From: an uncultured Candidatus Actinomarina sp. | GTDB taxonomy: Bacteria > Actinomycetota > Acidimicrobiia > Actinomarinales > Actinomarinaceae | Assembly (NCBI GenBank): GCA_902635945.1 | Contig: CACPPU010000004.1 | Coordinates: 2,820 to 66,819 of the forward strand | Direction of reading: 5' to 3' | Length of the DNA stretch: 64,000 bases | Shown: positions 10,341 to 20,325 of the stretch, in pieces | Position numbering within the stretch: position 1 is the stretch's first letter | Layout of the letters: every line of letters begins with the position of its first letter | Notes under the pieces: generated by a model | What the model was told of the DNA's origin: nothing | Seen by the model: only the letters and a program-made list of their open reading frames with translations | The model's database searches: none | Made by a program: the position numbers and the translations under genes

Positions 10341-10391
10341 ATGAAAAATTTAATTGTAGTCATTTCAGAATTAGTGCTTTTACTTAATTAG
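10341..10391 (+). CDS. ilv-leu operon leader peptide (MKNLIVVISELVLLLN)
   Basis: 16-codon ORF found by hand (too short for the ORF track). 10 of 16 residues are Leu/Ile/Val. Its stop codon abuts a hairpin and terminator just upstream of ilvB. Confidence 0.6.
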   Translation: MKNLIVVISELVLLLN

Positions 10392-10440
10392 CGCTCATTT
10401 TGCTTTGATGAGCGCCTCCCAAAAAGGGGGGCTTTTTTTT
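10391..10440 (+). terminator. Attenuator: 8-bp hairpin followed by an intrinsic terminator upstream of ilvB
   Basis: GCGCTCAT (10391-10398) pairs with ATGAGCGC (10408-10415). GCCTCCC (10414-10420) pairs with GGGGGGC (10426-10432) around an AAAAA loop, followed by T8 (10433-10440). ilvB ATG is at 10460. Confidence 0.65.
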
Positions 10441-10459
10441 GGAGACATAAAACAGAAAA

Positions 10460-12172
10460 ATGACAAAAGAACAATTAACTGGTGCAGAGCTTGTAATAAG
10501 AGGCCTTGAATACCTCAATGTTTCTACTGTTTTTGGAGTGCCAGGTGGTGCAATTTTACCAGCGTATGATCCTTTATACGATAGCCCTATTAGACATATA
10601 TTAGCTAGACATGAACAAGGTGCCGGGCACATGGCAGAGGGTTATGCTCAAGCTACTGGAGAACTTGGTGTTGTAATAGCTACTTCTGGACCTGGAGCAA
10701 CAAACTTGATAACCCCTTTAGCTAATTCTTTAATGGACTCTACTCCTCTTCTAGCTATTACTGGTCAAGTTGCGTCTACTGCAATAGGTAATGATGCGTT
10801 TCAGGAAGCTTATACTGTAGGACTTTCGATGGCAGCTACTAAACACAATTACTTAATCACAGATGCTTCAGAAATTCCTCAAGTTTTAAAGGAAGCAAAA
10901 TTTATTGCTACTACTGGTAGACCAGGTCCAGTTTTGGTTGATATACCAAAGGATATATTAAACCAAGTGGCGGCTTGGGTTGAGCCAGGCGATCTTGACT
11001 TACCAGGATACAAGCCTACAACGGAGCCAAATCCAAAAATGGTTCAGCAAGCTTCTTCTTTAATTAAAAAGTCAAAGAAGCCAATTCTTTATGTCGGTGG
11101 AGGAATTATTCATTCAAAAGCTAATAGTGAACTTTTTGAACTAGCTACTAAATTTAATATTCCAGTTGTTACAACACTTATGGGAAGAGGTGCTTTCCCT
11201 GATGGTCATGAATTGTGTCTTGAAATGCCAGGTATGCACGGCAATTATACAGCTACAACTTCAATTCAAAATGCTGACCTGTTAATTGCAATAGGCGTAA
11301 GGTTTGATGATAGAGTTACCGCAAATCCGTCATTTTTTGCTCAGAATGCAAAAGTTATTCATGCTGATATTGATCCAGCGGAAATTGGAAAAGTGCGTGA
11401 TGCACAAGTTCCTATTGTAGGTGATGCAAAAAGTGTAATTAAAGGACTTATTGAAGCTTTGGGAGATGAAAAACTAGATACTGAAAATTGGGTTTCAGAA
11501 CTGGAAGAAATGAAAACTGAATTTCCTCTGTCTTATAAGCAAGAAGACAAGGGTCCTCTTAAGGTTCCTTATGTTTTAGAAGAACTTCAAAAGTTAACAA
11601 AAGAAGAAGCAATTGTTGTTGCTGGTGTAGGTCAACATCAAATGTGGGTATCCCAGCATTGGAACTTTACTGAACCAAATACCTGGTTAAATTCAGGAGG
11701 ACTAGGAACTATGGGTTACGCATTGCCTGCTGCAATCGGAGCAAAAACAGCTTATCCTGACAAACTAGTTTTAGCATTAGACGGTGATGGGTGTTTTCAG
11801 ATGACATGTCAAGAATTAATCACTGCCTCTACAGAAAATATACCTATTAAAATTGTGGTGTTTAACAATGGGAACCACGGTATGGTTCGTCAGTGGCAAA
11901 AGATTTTCTACAATAGCAAGTTTTCCGCTTCTGAACTTACTCATGACACACCAGATTATCTTAAACTAGCAGAATCTATGGGTGCAGTTGGCTTAAGAAT
12001 GATGGAAAAGTCTGATATAGAAAAAGTGTTTAACAAAATGTTAGAAATCAATGATAGACCGGTTTTAGTTGATTGTGTTGTAGATCCAGATGATATGGTA
12101 TTTCCTATGGTCCCTGCTGGTGGAAGCAATAATCAAATCATTATGAATGAAGAGGATCTTAAAAACCTATGA
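10460..12172 (+). CDS. ilvB: Acetolactate synthase large subunit
   Basis: 570 aa. TPP enzyme motifs GVPGGAILP, GPGATN, and GGLGTMGYALPAAIGAK...DGDGCFQM. Confidence 0.95.
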   Translation: MTKEQLTGAELVIRGLEYLNVSTVFGVPGGAILPAYDPLYDSPIRHILARHEQGAGHMAEGYAQATGELGVVIATSGPGATNLITPLANSLMDSTPLLAITGQVASTAIGNDAFQEAYTVGLSMAATKHNYLITDASEIPQVLKEAKFIATTGRPGPVLVDIPKDILNQVAAWVEPGDLDLPGYKPTTEPNPKMVQQASSLIKKSKKPILYVGGGIIHSKANSELFELATKFNIPVVTTLMGRGAFPDGHELCLEMPGMHGNYTATTSIQNADLLIAIGVRFDDRVTANPSFFAQNAKVIHADIDPAEIGKVRDAQVPIVGDAKSVIKGLIEALGDEKLDTENWVSELEEMKTEFPLSYKQEDKGPLKVPYVLEELQKLTKEEAIVVAGVGQHQMWVSQHWNFTEPNTWLNSGGLGTMGYALPAAIGAKTAYPDKLVLALDGDGCFQMTCQELITASTENIPIKIVVFNNGNHGMVRQWQKIFYNSKFSASELTHDTPDYLKLAESMGAVGLRMMEKSDIEKVFNKMLEINDRPVLVDCVVDPDDMVFPMVPAGGSNNQIIMNEEDLKNL

Positions 12173-12642
12173 GTGAGAGAATTTTGTCAGTATTAGTAGA
12201 AGATAAACCCGGTGTTTTAGCAAGAGTATCATCCACCATATCAAGAAGAGGCTTCAATATAAATTCTCTATCTGTCGGACCAACAAATATTGAAGGTAGA
12301 TCAAAAATGACAATAGTTACTGAATTAGATGCTGTTGAACAAGTAAAAAAGCAATTAAATAAATTAGTAAATGTTATAAAAATAGTTGAACTTGATCCAA
12401 ACATGACAATAGAAACTGAAGTTCTATTATTAAAGGTTTCAATAAATAAAGACTCTCAAACATCTGTGATTGAGAAAGCGTCACTATCAAATGCAACTTC
12501 AGTAGATGTAGGGCAAGATTTCGCTATCTTTGAATTAACAGGTTCATCAAAAGAATTGGATAAATTTGAAGCTTTAATGAAACCATTTGGAATAATTGAA
12601 ATGGTCAGAGGTGGAAGAATAGCATTACAGTCTAATCTATAA
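12169..12642 (+). CDS. ilvN: Acetolactate synthase small (regulatory) subunit
   Basis: ACT domain ILSVLVEDKPGVLARVSSTISRRGFNINSLSVGPT. ATGA overlap with ilvB. Confidence 0.9.
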   Translation: MSERILSVLVEDKPGVLARVSSTISRRGFNINSLSVGPTNIEGRSKMTIVTELDAVEQVKKQLNKLVNVIKIVELDPNMTIETEVLLLKVSINKDSQTSVIEKASLSNATSVDVGQDFAIFELTGSSKELDKFEALMKPFGIIEMVRGGRIALQSNL

Positions 12643-12653
12643 GGAGACAATAT

Positions 12654-13670
12654 ATGGAAAGTAAAATAATTTATGACTCATCAATAGATCAAGAATTGAT
12701 AAAGTCTATGAAAGTGGCAGTGATTGGTTTTGGCAGCCAAGGACACGCTCACTCTCTTAATCTACATGAATCTGGTGTTGACATTACTGTTGGCCTTAGA
12801 GAAGATTCAGAATCGTTTAAAAGAGCTCAAGATATGGGTCTCCAGGTAGCAAATCTTGAAGATGCAACCAAGAATGCTGATGTAGTCATGTTGTTGTTGC
12901 CAGACCAAATTATGGCAGATGTCTATAATGATCAAATCGCATCTCATATTAAAGAAGGTGCAACTCTTTTATTTGCTCATGGCTTTAATATCCATTTCAA
13001 TGAAATTGTACCAAGAGAAGATTTATCTGTTGCAATGGTTGCTCCAAAGGGACCTGGACATCTTTTAAGAAGAACTTACTCTGAAGGAAGCGGTATGCCC
13101 TGTCTTGTTGCTGTGCATAAAGATGCTTCAGGAACTACTGAAAATTTAGCTATGTCTTATGCATCAGCAATTGGTGGTGGAAGGGCTGGAATTTTAAGAA
13201 CTACTTTTAAAGAAGAAACTGAAACTGATTTATTTGGTGAGCAAGTTGTTTTGTGTGGAGGGTTAACAGAGCTTATTAGAAATGGATTTGAAACTTTAGT
13301 AGAGGCTGGTTACCAGCCAGAAAGTGCTTACTTTGAAACACTTCATGAAGTTAAATTGATTGTAGATTTAATGTACGAAGGTGGATTTGAATGGATGAGA
13401 CATTCTATTTCTGATACTGCAGAGTATGGAGACTTTTCGAGAGGTTCGAGAATAATAACTTCTGAAACAAAAAAAGAGATGAAAAAAGTACTCGAAGAGA
13501 TTCAATCAGGAGCATTTGCTAAAGAATGGATGTCGCAGGCCAGGGAGGGTTCTCCTTTCCTTAATGAGAAAAGAGCAGAAGCTTCCAAACATCAACTTGA
13601 AGAAGTTGGTAAAGGCTTAAGAGAGATGATGCCATTTCTAAATGCTAAGGATGTAAAAAAAGATAAATGA
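12654..13670 (+). CDS. ilvC: Ketol-acid reductoisomerase (class I)
   Basis: VIGFGSQGHAHSLNL, FAHGFNIHF, and DLFGEQVVLCGG. AAGGAGA RBS upstream. Confidence 0.95.
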   Translation: MESKIIYDSSIDQELIKSMKVAVIGFGSQGHAHSLNLHESGVDITVGLREDSESFKRAQDMGLQVANLEDATKNADVVMLLLPDQIMADVYNDQIASHIKEGATLLFAHGFNIHFNEIVPREDLSVAMVAPKGPGHLLRRTYSEGSGMPCLVAVHKDASGTTENLAMSYASAIGGGRAGILRTTFKEETETDLFGEQVVLCGGLTELIRNGFETLVEAGYQPESAYFETLHEVKLIVDLMYEGGFEWMRHSISDTAEYGDFSRGSRIITSETKKEMKKVLEEIQSGAFAKEWMSQAREGSPFLNEKRAEASKHQLEEVGKGLREMMPFLNAKDVKKDK

Positions 13671-15157
13671 GCGATGATAAATTAGTCATATTTGATACAA
13701 CTCTCAGAGATGGAGAACAAAGTCCTGGTATTGCTCTTACCCCATCAGAAAAGTTATTAATTGCTCAACAGCTTGAAAAATTGAAAGTAGATGTAATTGA
13801 AGCAGGTTTTGCAGCTTCATCTCCTGGAGATTGGGAAGGTGTTAATTTAATTGCAAAAAATATAAAGAATTCAACAATAGCATCTCTTGCAAGGTGTCAC
13901 CCAGATGATATTGAACAAGCTTGGGAAGCAATAAAAGTAGCAAAAGATTCACGTATACATGTTTTTACATCAACTTCACAAATACATATGGAACATATGC
14001 TCAGAAAATCTAAAGAAGAAGTATTAAATGACGCTAAAGAATCTGTTAGATATGCAAAAAAACTGTGTGACAATATAGAATTCTCCGCACAAGATGCAAC
14101 CAGAACTGACAAAGATTTTTTAATAGAAGTATTGAAAGTTGCTGTAGAAGAAGGCGCAACAACAATAAATGTTCCTGATACTGTAGGTTATGCAACACCT
14201 CAAGATTATTTAGACCTTCTTAAGGCAGTTTATGACGAAGTTAAAGGGGGTAATGAAGATGTCATTATTTCAACACACTGTCACAATGACCTTGGATTAG
14301 CTGTAGCTAACTCACTTACAGCTATAACAGCTGGGGCTAGACAAATTGAAGGTGCAATTAACGGAATTGGGGAACGTGCAGGAAATACATCAACAGAAGA
14401 AATAATAATGGCAGTAAAAACTCGTCAAGATCAGTTCGGAGTTGAAATCCAAGCTGAAACACAAGAAATTTTTGAAACTTCAAGGTTAGTCTCAAAACTA
14501 ACTGGATATCCTGTTCAATATAATAAAGCCGTCGTCGGTAAAAATGCTTTTAGCCACGAATCAGGAATTCATCAACACGGATATTTAAGAAACACAACTA
14601 CCTATGAAATAATGTCACCAGACTCAGTTGGTCAAGAAGCAAAAATTATACTTGGTAAGCATTCTGGTAGGGCTGGCTTTAAAGATGCCCTTGATAAGTT
14701 AAGTATCTCTTTAGACAATGATGCATTCAATAATGCTTTTGATACCTTTAAAAAGATTGCAGACAGAAAAGGTGAAATTGTAGAAAACGAACTTAGAGCA
14801 ATTGTAGGACAGGTAGAATCAAGTAGCGATAGTGCAAAACTTGTGTCTGTCTCAGTTAATAGTAAAGATGAATTTGCGTCTGCAAGAGTTACACTAAAAG
14901 TTGGAAATGACGAAATAACAGAAGAAGCAACTGGAGATGGAATGATTCATGCCGCATTTACTGCAGTTAAATCAATTCTTAAATCAGACGCTACATTAAT
15001 TGATTATAGAGTTGAGAGTATTACAAAAGGTGCTGATGCAACAGCTGAAATTGTAACAATAATTAACGATGGACACCTAATGAAACAAGGAAGAGCTGTT
15101 TCTACAGATGTCGTTCAGGGTTCAGTAGAATCCTTTTTGAATGCGTTGAACAAATGA
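13667..15157 (+). CDS. leuA: 2-isopropylmalate synthase, short form (citramalate synthase not excluded)
   Basis: IFDTTLRDGEQSPG, HCHNDLGLAVAN, and a C-terminal LeuA-type regulatory domain. 496 aa. Confidence 0.8.
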   Translation: MSDDKLVIFDTTLRDGEQSPGIALTPSEKLLIAQQLEKLKVDVIEAGFAASSPGDWEGVNLIAKNIKNSTIASLARCHPDDIEQAWEAIKVAKDSRIHVFTSTSQIHMEHMLRKSKEEVLNDAKESVRYAKKLCDNIEFSAQDATRTDKDFLIEVLKVAVEEGATTINVPDTVGYATPQDYLDLLKAVYDEVKGGNEDVIISTHCHNDLGLAVANSLTAITAGARQIEGAINGIGERAGNTSTEEIIMAVKTRQDQFGVEIQAETQEIFETSRLVSKLTGYPVQYNKAVVGKNAFSHESGIHQHGYLRNTTTYEIMSPDSVGQEAKIILGKHSGRAGFKDALDKLSISLDNDAFNNAFDTFKKIADRKGEIVENELRAIVGQVESSSDSAKLVSVSVNSKDEFASARVTLKVGNDEITEEATGDGMIHAAFTAVKSILKSDATLIDYRVESITKGADATAEIVTIINDGHLMKQGRAVSTDVVQGSVESFLNALNK

Positions 15158-16221
15158 GTAAAGAATTTAACATTACCCTACTTCCAGGTGACGGAACTGG
15201 TCCTGAGGTCGTCAATGAAGCTGTAAAAGTCCTTGAAAACACTTCTGAACAATACAAAATAAAATTTAATTTCACAAACAATGATCTTGGTGGAGATAGA
15301 TATTTAAATACTGGAGAACTTGTAACTAAAAAAGATATTGAACAATTCAAAAATTCTGACGCAGTTTTACTTGGAGCTATTGGTCATCCAGATGTAAAGC
15401 CAGGAATTTTAGAGCAAGGAATTCTTCTTAAATTACGTAAAGAATTTGATCAGTATATTAATTTAAGACCTGTGGTTCTTTATCCAGGAGTAGAAACTCC
15501 CCTAGCTAACAAATCTCCAGAAGATATTAACTTTGTCGTTGTTAGAGAAAATACAGAAGGATTATATGCAGGTGCAGGAGGCTACATTCATTTTGGAACA
15601 GAAAATGAAATTGCAACACAAGAATCCATTAATTCGTATTATGCAATACATAGATGTATAAAATATGCTTTTGAATATACAAAAAATAACAACCGTAAAA
15701 AAATTACCTTATGTGCAAAAACTAATGTGCTTACTTATGCTCATGATTTATGGGAGAGAATTTTTTATGATGTTGCGAAAGATTATCCTGAAATAGAGAC
15801 TGATTATGGCCATGTTGATGCTGTCTGTATGTGGATGGTGAAAAATCCTGAGTGGTTTGATGTAATAGTTACTGACAATATGTTTGGTGACATTATTACT
15901 GACTTAGGTGCCATGATTCAAGGCGGTATGGGTATTGCAGCTGGAGGTAATATTAATCCTGAAGGTGTATCTATGTTTGAGCCAATAGGTGGCTCAGCAC
16001 CAAAATATACAAATAAAAATGTTATCAATCCATTGGCATGTATTGGAGCTGCGGCAATGATGGTCAAACAACTCGGTGAGGAAAATTATGCAGAGGATAT
16101 TGAAAAAGCGATAATTGAAACTGCTATAAAGCTTGATTCCCTATCAGCTGGAAAAATGGGTATGTCCACTAGTGAAGTTGGTGACTCCGTAGTCAAATAT
16201 ATGCAACAAGTTAATGACTAA
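15154..16221 (+). CDS. leuB: 3-isopropylmalate dehydrogenase
   Basis: [36 protein letters not shown], and NMFGDIITD. Resembles the mycobacterial-type LeuB. Confidence 0.85.
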   Translation: MSKEFNITLLPGDGTGPEVVNEAVKVLENTSEQYKIKFNFTNNDLGGDRYLNTGELVTKKDIEQFKNSDAVLLGAIGHPDVKPGILEQGILLKLRKEFDQYINLRPVVLYPGVETPLANKSPEDINFVVVRENTEGLYAGAGGYIHFGTENEIATQESINSYYAIHRCIKYAFEYTKNNNRKKITLCAKTNVLTYAHDLWERIFYDVAKDYPEIETDYGHVDAVCMWMVKNPEWFDVIVTDNMFGDIITDLGAMIQGGMGIAAGGNINPEGVSMFEPIGGSAPKYTNKNVINPLACIGAAAMMVKQLGEENYAEDIEKAIIETAIKLDSLSAGKMGMSTSEVGDSVVKYMQQVND

Positions 16222-16819
16222 TGAAACAACTTATCTTGAGAATCTTTTAAATAATAGAAAAGTTGTTAGAACCTATAAAAAAACTTCTCTAGAAGATACT
16301 AAGTTAAAAAATATCTCAAAGTTTTCAATAAAAATTCCTACTGCAGGATTTTCTCGTGGAATAGAGATTCTAAATACCTTTGATGTTAAAAAGATAAAAA
16401 ACGTATCCAAAATCTTTAATGAAGATAATTTTATTAAAGATGGTAAATCTCCATGGATCTCAAACTCCTTAGCTTTATTTTTTATATTGCTTAACGAAGA
16501 GGCTTATCACCACAGATACTCGAAAAATGATAAAACAAACGCTGTAAACTCCAAAGATTGGGATGTGCCATATTGGTATGTTGATGCTGGTGCAGCGATG
16601 ATGAATTGTATTTTACTTATAGAAGAAAAAGAGTTATCTTCAGGGTTTATGGGATTGCATAATATCGATAGAAAAAAAATTCATGAAGAATTTAAAATTC
16701 CAGATACTTATCAAATAATCGGAATGATTACTGCTGGGGTTGAAGATAGCAACACAGATATTTCTAAAAATAAACATAATAAAAAGAAACTGATACATAA
16801 TGAATTTTTCAGTAGATAA
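16214..16819 (+). CDS. Nitroreductase-family protein
   Basis: N-terminal NRKVVRTYKK (RxxRxF/Y-like FMN motif), plus the size and layout of the nitroreductase fold. Confidence 0.55.
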   Translation: MTNETTYLENLLNNRKVVRTYKKTSLEDTKLKNISKFSIKIPTAGFSRGIEILNTFDVKKIKNVSKIFNEDNFIKDGKSPWISNSLALFFILLNEEAYHHRYSKNDKTNAVNSKDWDVPYWYVDAGAAMMNCILLIEEKELSSGFMGLHNIDRKKIHEEFKIPDTYQIIGMITAGVEDSNTDISKNKHNKKKLIHNEFFSR

Positions 16820-17591
16820 ACAAATAGATTCCCTCAATAATCCAGAGTATAAATTTTTAGTATCTCTTAAAAAAAACCGAAATAGAAAATCAAATAATAA
16901 ATCTCTTGCAGAAGGATTTAGAGAATGTTACCAATTAATAGAATCTAGGTACGAAATAGATACTTTGTACTTTTGCAGTGATCTATTTATTGGAAATAAT
17001 AATCAGAATCTTTTAGAGGAATACCGAAAATCAAATATAAGAATAGTTCAGGTTTCAAAAAAGGTTTTTAATGCTATGTCCTATAGGGATAGGCCAGATG
17101 GTTTTATATCACTTTTTAATATAGAACATATTGGTATAACTTCTGAAATTAATGGTCCTATTTTGATACCTGATCAAATAGAAAAACCTGGAAACTTAGG
17201 AACAATGATAAGAACTGCAAAGTCTTTTGGAATAAATAATGTTTTTCTTTCTGATGAAATTACAGATATTTTTAATCCAAATGTCATCAGGTCTTCTATT
17301 GGACACTTATTTCATATGAATATTTCAAGTGGCACAAATAAAGAAATAATTGAAATACTGGAAACTAAAAAATATCAAATTATATTACTAGACCCAGAAG
17401 GAGAAACTGTTTTAGAAAATTTTAAACCTGATGCGAATTTTGCACTGGTTGTTGGTGCTGAACAGTATGGTATTTCAGATGATTGGTTTGCATCTAATCA
17501 CATATCTTTGAGTATTCGATCAACAAATAATGTTGACTCACTAAATGCTTCTACTGCTGCGGCTATCGGTATGTGGGAATTAACAAAATAA
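16800..17591 (+). CDS. TrmH/SpoU-family RNA 2'-O-methyltransferase
   Basis: SPOUT motifs GNLGTMIRTAKSFG, VVGAEQYGIS, and SLNASTAAAIGMWE. Confidence 0.85.
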   Translation: MNFSVDKQIDSLNNPEYKFLVSLKKNRNRKSNNKSLAEGFRECYQLIESRYEIDTLYFCSDLFIGNNNQNLLEEYRKSNIRIVQVSKKVFNAMSYRDRPDGFISLFNIEHIGITSEINGPILIPDQIEKPGNLGTMIRTAKSFGINNVFLSDEITDIFNPNVIRSSIGHLFHMNISSGTNKEIIEILETKKYQIILLDPEGETVLENFKPDANFALVVGAEQYGISDDWFASNHISLSIRSTNNVDSLNASTAAAIGMWELTK

Positions 17592-17592
17592 A

Positions 17593-19107
17593 TTGAAATT
17601 TGTAAAAAATCAACATCTTGTCATTTTAGATGTTGAAACAACTGGTGTTAAAGCTGGTGTTGATAAAGTTATTGAGCTTTATATGTTAAAAATATTTAAT
17701 GATGAGGTTGTAGATGAATATTATTCTAAATTTAATCCGCAGATAGAAATACCCCTCTTTATTTCAAACCTTACCGGTATATATCCTTGGCATGTAGAAA
17801 ATTCTCCAAAAATTGATAATGAAATTGAAAAAATAAAAAATTTTGTGGATGATTCTGTAATAATTGGCCACAATTTAAGGTTTGATTTATCTTTCTTAAA
17901 TTATGAATTGAACAAAAAAAACTTTAATGAATTAAATAATATGACACTAGATACGTTAAATCTCTCCAGAGCGTTGCTTAGAACTAAAGTAAAAAATCAT
18001 AAACTCGTGACCTTGAGTAAATATTTTAAGACAATTAATCAAAATGAACATAATTCTAAAGCAGATGTACTCACGACTTATGAAGTGTTTAAGCATTTGT
18101 CGTTATTTGACGAAATCAAAAATAAAGAAAGTATTCATAGAGTCAATGAATTTCTTAGCAGTATTGATTTAAATTTAAAAAAGAAGTTTAATTTACAAAA
18201 TATTCCAACTTCACATGGTGTTTATATATTTTCAAATAATAGGTCTTTAAATTATGTTGGTAAATCAAGTAATTTAAAAAATAGAATAAATTCACACTTG
18301 AGCCACTCAAGAAGTTATAAATCAAACAAAATTGTAAATACTTCAAATAGCTTAAAGGTCATGAATCTACCAAATGAGCTCATTTCATTAATAGTTGAAC
18401 AACGATTGATAAATAAATTTAAACCTCCACTAAATAGAAGTGGGAGAATACCAAAAAATATATATTGGATAAAACTAAAAAGTAACAAATCTAATTTGGA
18501 GATTTCAAAAATTGAATTATCTAAAAATACAATTTTTCAAATTGGTCCATTCTTGAGTTATACAAAAGCTAAAAATTTTAAAAATTTTTTAGATAATAGA
18601 TTTGAAACAGTTAGGTGTAAGAATAATAATTCAAGAAAAACAAAATGTGATATATCTATACTTCTAAATTCACAATGTGCATGCATAGATTCATTTAATC
18701 TTGAAAAATATAACTACAACTTAAGAAAAAAACTGGATTTATTCTTTAGTGATACAAGTAAAGAAGTAAAAAGATTAAACGATAAGTTAAATACATACTC
18801 AAAAGAACAAAATTTTGAGGAAGCACAAAAAATCAAAAACTACTTATCCCTTCTTCAAAATTTTCTTGAATTCAACAGATTTAAAGAAAAAATTAATGTA
18901 CTTGATAAACAGACTTTGAAAATTTTAGAAAATTTTAATATAAAGATAACTGACAATAGAGTAAATTTTAAAATTGACTTAAATGATGAAGATATTGAAT
19001 TTTTAAAAATTCATCCAGAGAACTACACAATTATAAATTTTTACAGTGAACTTCTGTTAATTTTACGTTTCATTAGAAATAAAGAAGCTAATACAATAGG
19101 AAGATGA
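17593..19107 (+). CDS. DEDDh 3'-5' exonuclease (DnaQ-like) fused to a GIY-YIG/UVR nuclease module (Cho/UvrC-like)
   Basis: ILDVETTG (Exo I), GHNLRFDLSFL (Exo II), and HNSKADV (Exo III). Then GVYIFSNN...YVGKSSNLKNRINSH...VEQRLINKFKPPLN (GIY-YIG) and QNFEEAQKIKNYL (UVR-like). TTG start. Confidence 0.8.
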   Translation: MKFVKNQHLVILDVETTGVKAGVDKVIELYMLKIFNDEVVDEYYSKFNPQIEIPLFISNLTGIYPWHVENSPKIDNEIEKIKNFVDDSVIIGHNLRFDLSFLNYELNKKNFNELNNMTLDTLNLSRALLRTKVKNHKLVTLSKYFKTINQNEHNSKADVLTTYEVFKHLSLFDEIKNKESIHRVNEFLSSIDLNLKKKFNLQNIPTSHGVYIFSNNRSLNYVGKSSNLKNRINSHLSHSRSYKSNKIVNTSNSLKVMNLPNELISLIVEQRLINKFKPPLNRSGRIPKNIYWIKLKSNKSNLEISKIELSKNTIFQIGPFLSYTKAKNFKNFLDNRFETVRCKNNNSRKTKCDISILLNSQCACIDSFNLEKYNYNLRKKLDLFFSDTSKEVKRLNDKLNTYSKEQNFEEAQKIKNYLSLLQNFLEFNRFKEKINVLDKQTLKILENFNIKITDNRVNFKIDLNDEDIEFLKIHPENYTIINFYSELLLILRFIRNKEANTIGR

Positions 19108-19697
19108 GTTTATTTTTCAAATCAAACAATTTATCCCTGGGATATGGAAATCAACTTGTTGTAAATAATTTAGATTTATCACTAAAAATTTCAAATAATT
19201 ACGAAATTATTGGAAAAAATGGTTCTGGAAAAACAACTCTTCTTATGTGTATAAGTAATAATTTTATTGGAAATACTTTTAATTCAAATATTGAAAGAGG
19301 AGAATACTCTTTTATGGAGATTGGTTCGAGTCCATCATTAATTCCAAAATTATCCTTAATAGAAAACATAAAATATTTTCTTTTCAAAGAAAGTATTGAT
19401 GAAAAGTTTATTTTTGAAACACTTAACAAATATCAACTAAATGAATTTAAAGAAGATTTAATTGAAGATTATTCAAGTGGAATGGTCAAACGAAGTGAGT
19501 TGGCTATTGCAGATTTAAAAAAACCAGACATTCTTTGTATTGACGAACCAAAAGTTTATTTAGATGAAAATGGGATTCAGCTTTTATTTGATTTATTAAA
19601 TTATCGAGAGACTCAAAAGATGACTTCAATTTTATCAAGTCAGGAAAGTATTAATGCCTTGTCAAATATAGAAAGAACTATAGATTTAAATGATTAA
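19104..19697 (+). CDS. ccmA: Heme exporter ABC ATPase CcmA-like
   Basis: Walker A GKNGSGKTT, degenerate signature YSSGMVKR, and Walker B ILCIDEP. First gene of the ccm array. Confidence 0.65.
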   Translation: MSLFFKSNNLSLGYGNQLVVNNLDLSLKISNNYEIIGKNGSGKTTLLMCISNNFIGNTFNSNIERGEYSFMEIGSSPSLIPKLSLIENIKYFLFKESIDEKFIFETLNKYQLNEFKEDLIEDYSSGMVKRSELAIADLKKPDILCIDEPKVYLDENGIQLLFDLLNYRETQKMTSILSSQESINALSNIERTIDLND

Positions 19698-20325
19698 GAA
19701 ATTCATCATTATAAAAGAATTAAATTTGGAATTAAGAAATAACACCTCACTATTTCTAATAACACCAACAATGTGTGTACTAATTATTGTTTTTCCTATT
19801 CTTTCTGAAAATAGGTTTCGAGTTGAAAATGATATGTTTGTCATTGTTCAACTTTTATTTCTAATTATTTTTACAACACTTTTTTCTATTAGGAACCCTT
19901 TGGAAGAGCAAACACTGATCAAGGAATTAAATTTTGGATCAATAAAAAAAATTGATTATTTTTATAGTAAAACTATTTCTGAACTTGGAATTTTTTATCC
20001 TCAAATAATTTTTCTTTTAATTCTATTTTCTGGTTTCACGAATACTTCTATAAACAATTCAATCATCTATATTATTTTCTCTGTTTTATTCTTTTGCTTG
20101 AATGCAATTATGGTAAATCTATTTTTCCAAATGTTCACAAGTTTCAATAGCAGATTTGTCCAGTTTATTTTAATTGTTCCAATTTACATTGGGTTTGCAA
20201 TTTTAATCGCTCCAATGTGGTTAGGTGTAAATCAAGAAATAAGTAACATTTATTTATTGATGCTTTTAGGTATAACTATGATTATTTATTCATTTACAAA
20301 CTTTTATTTAAGGAAATCACAATGA
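19690..20325 (+). CDS. ccmB: Heme exporter membrane protein CcmB-like
   Basis: 211-aa polytopic membrane protein translationally coupled between ccmA and ccmC. The call is mainly positional. Confidence 0.55.
   Translation: MIKKFIIIKELNLELRNNTSLFLITPTMCVLIIVFPILSENRFRVENDMFVIVQLLFLIIFTTLFSIRNPLEEQTLIKELNFGSIKKIDYFYSKTISELGIFYPQIIFLLILFSGFTNTSINNSIIYIIFSVLFFCLNAIMVNLFFQMFTSFNSRFVQFILIVPIYIGFAILIAPMWLGVNQEISNIYLLMLLGITMIIYSFTNFYLRKSQ

Noticed and set aside
10384-10632. 82-aa minus-strand ORF overlapping the ilvB leader and the ilvB 5' end
   Set aside because: It is antisense to the attenuator and to a very well supported ilvB frame, with Pro/Cys/Ser-rich shadow-ORF composition.
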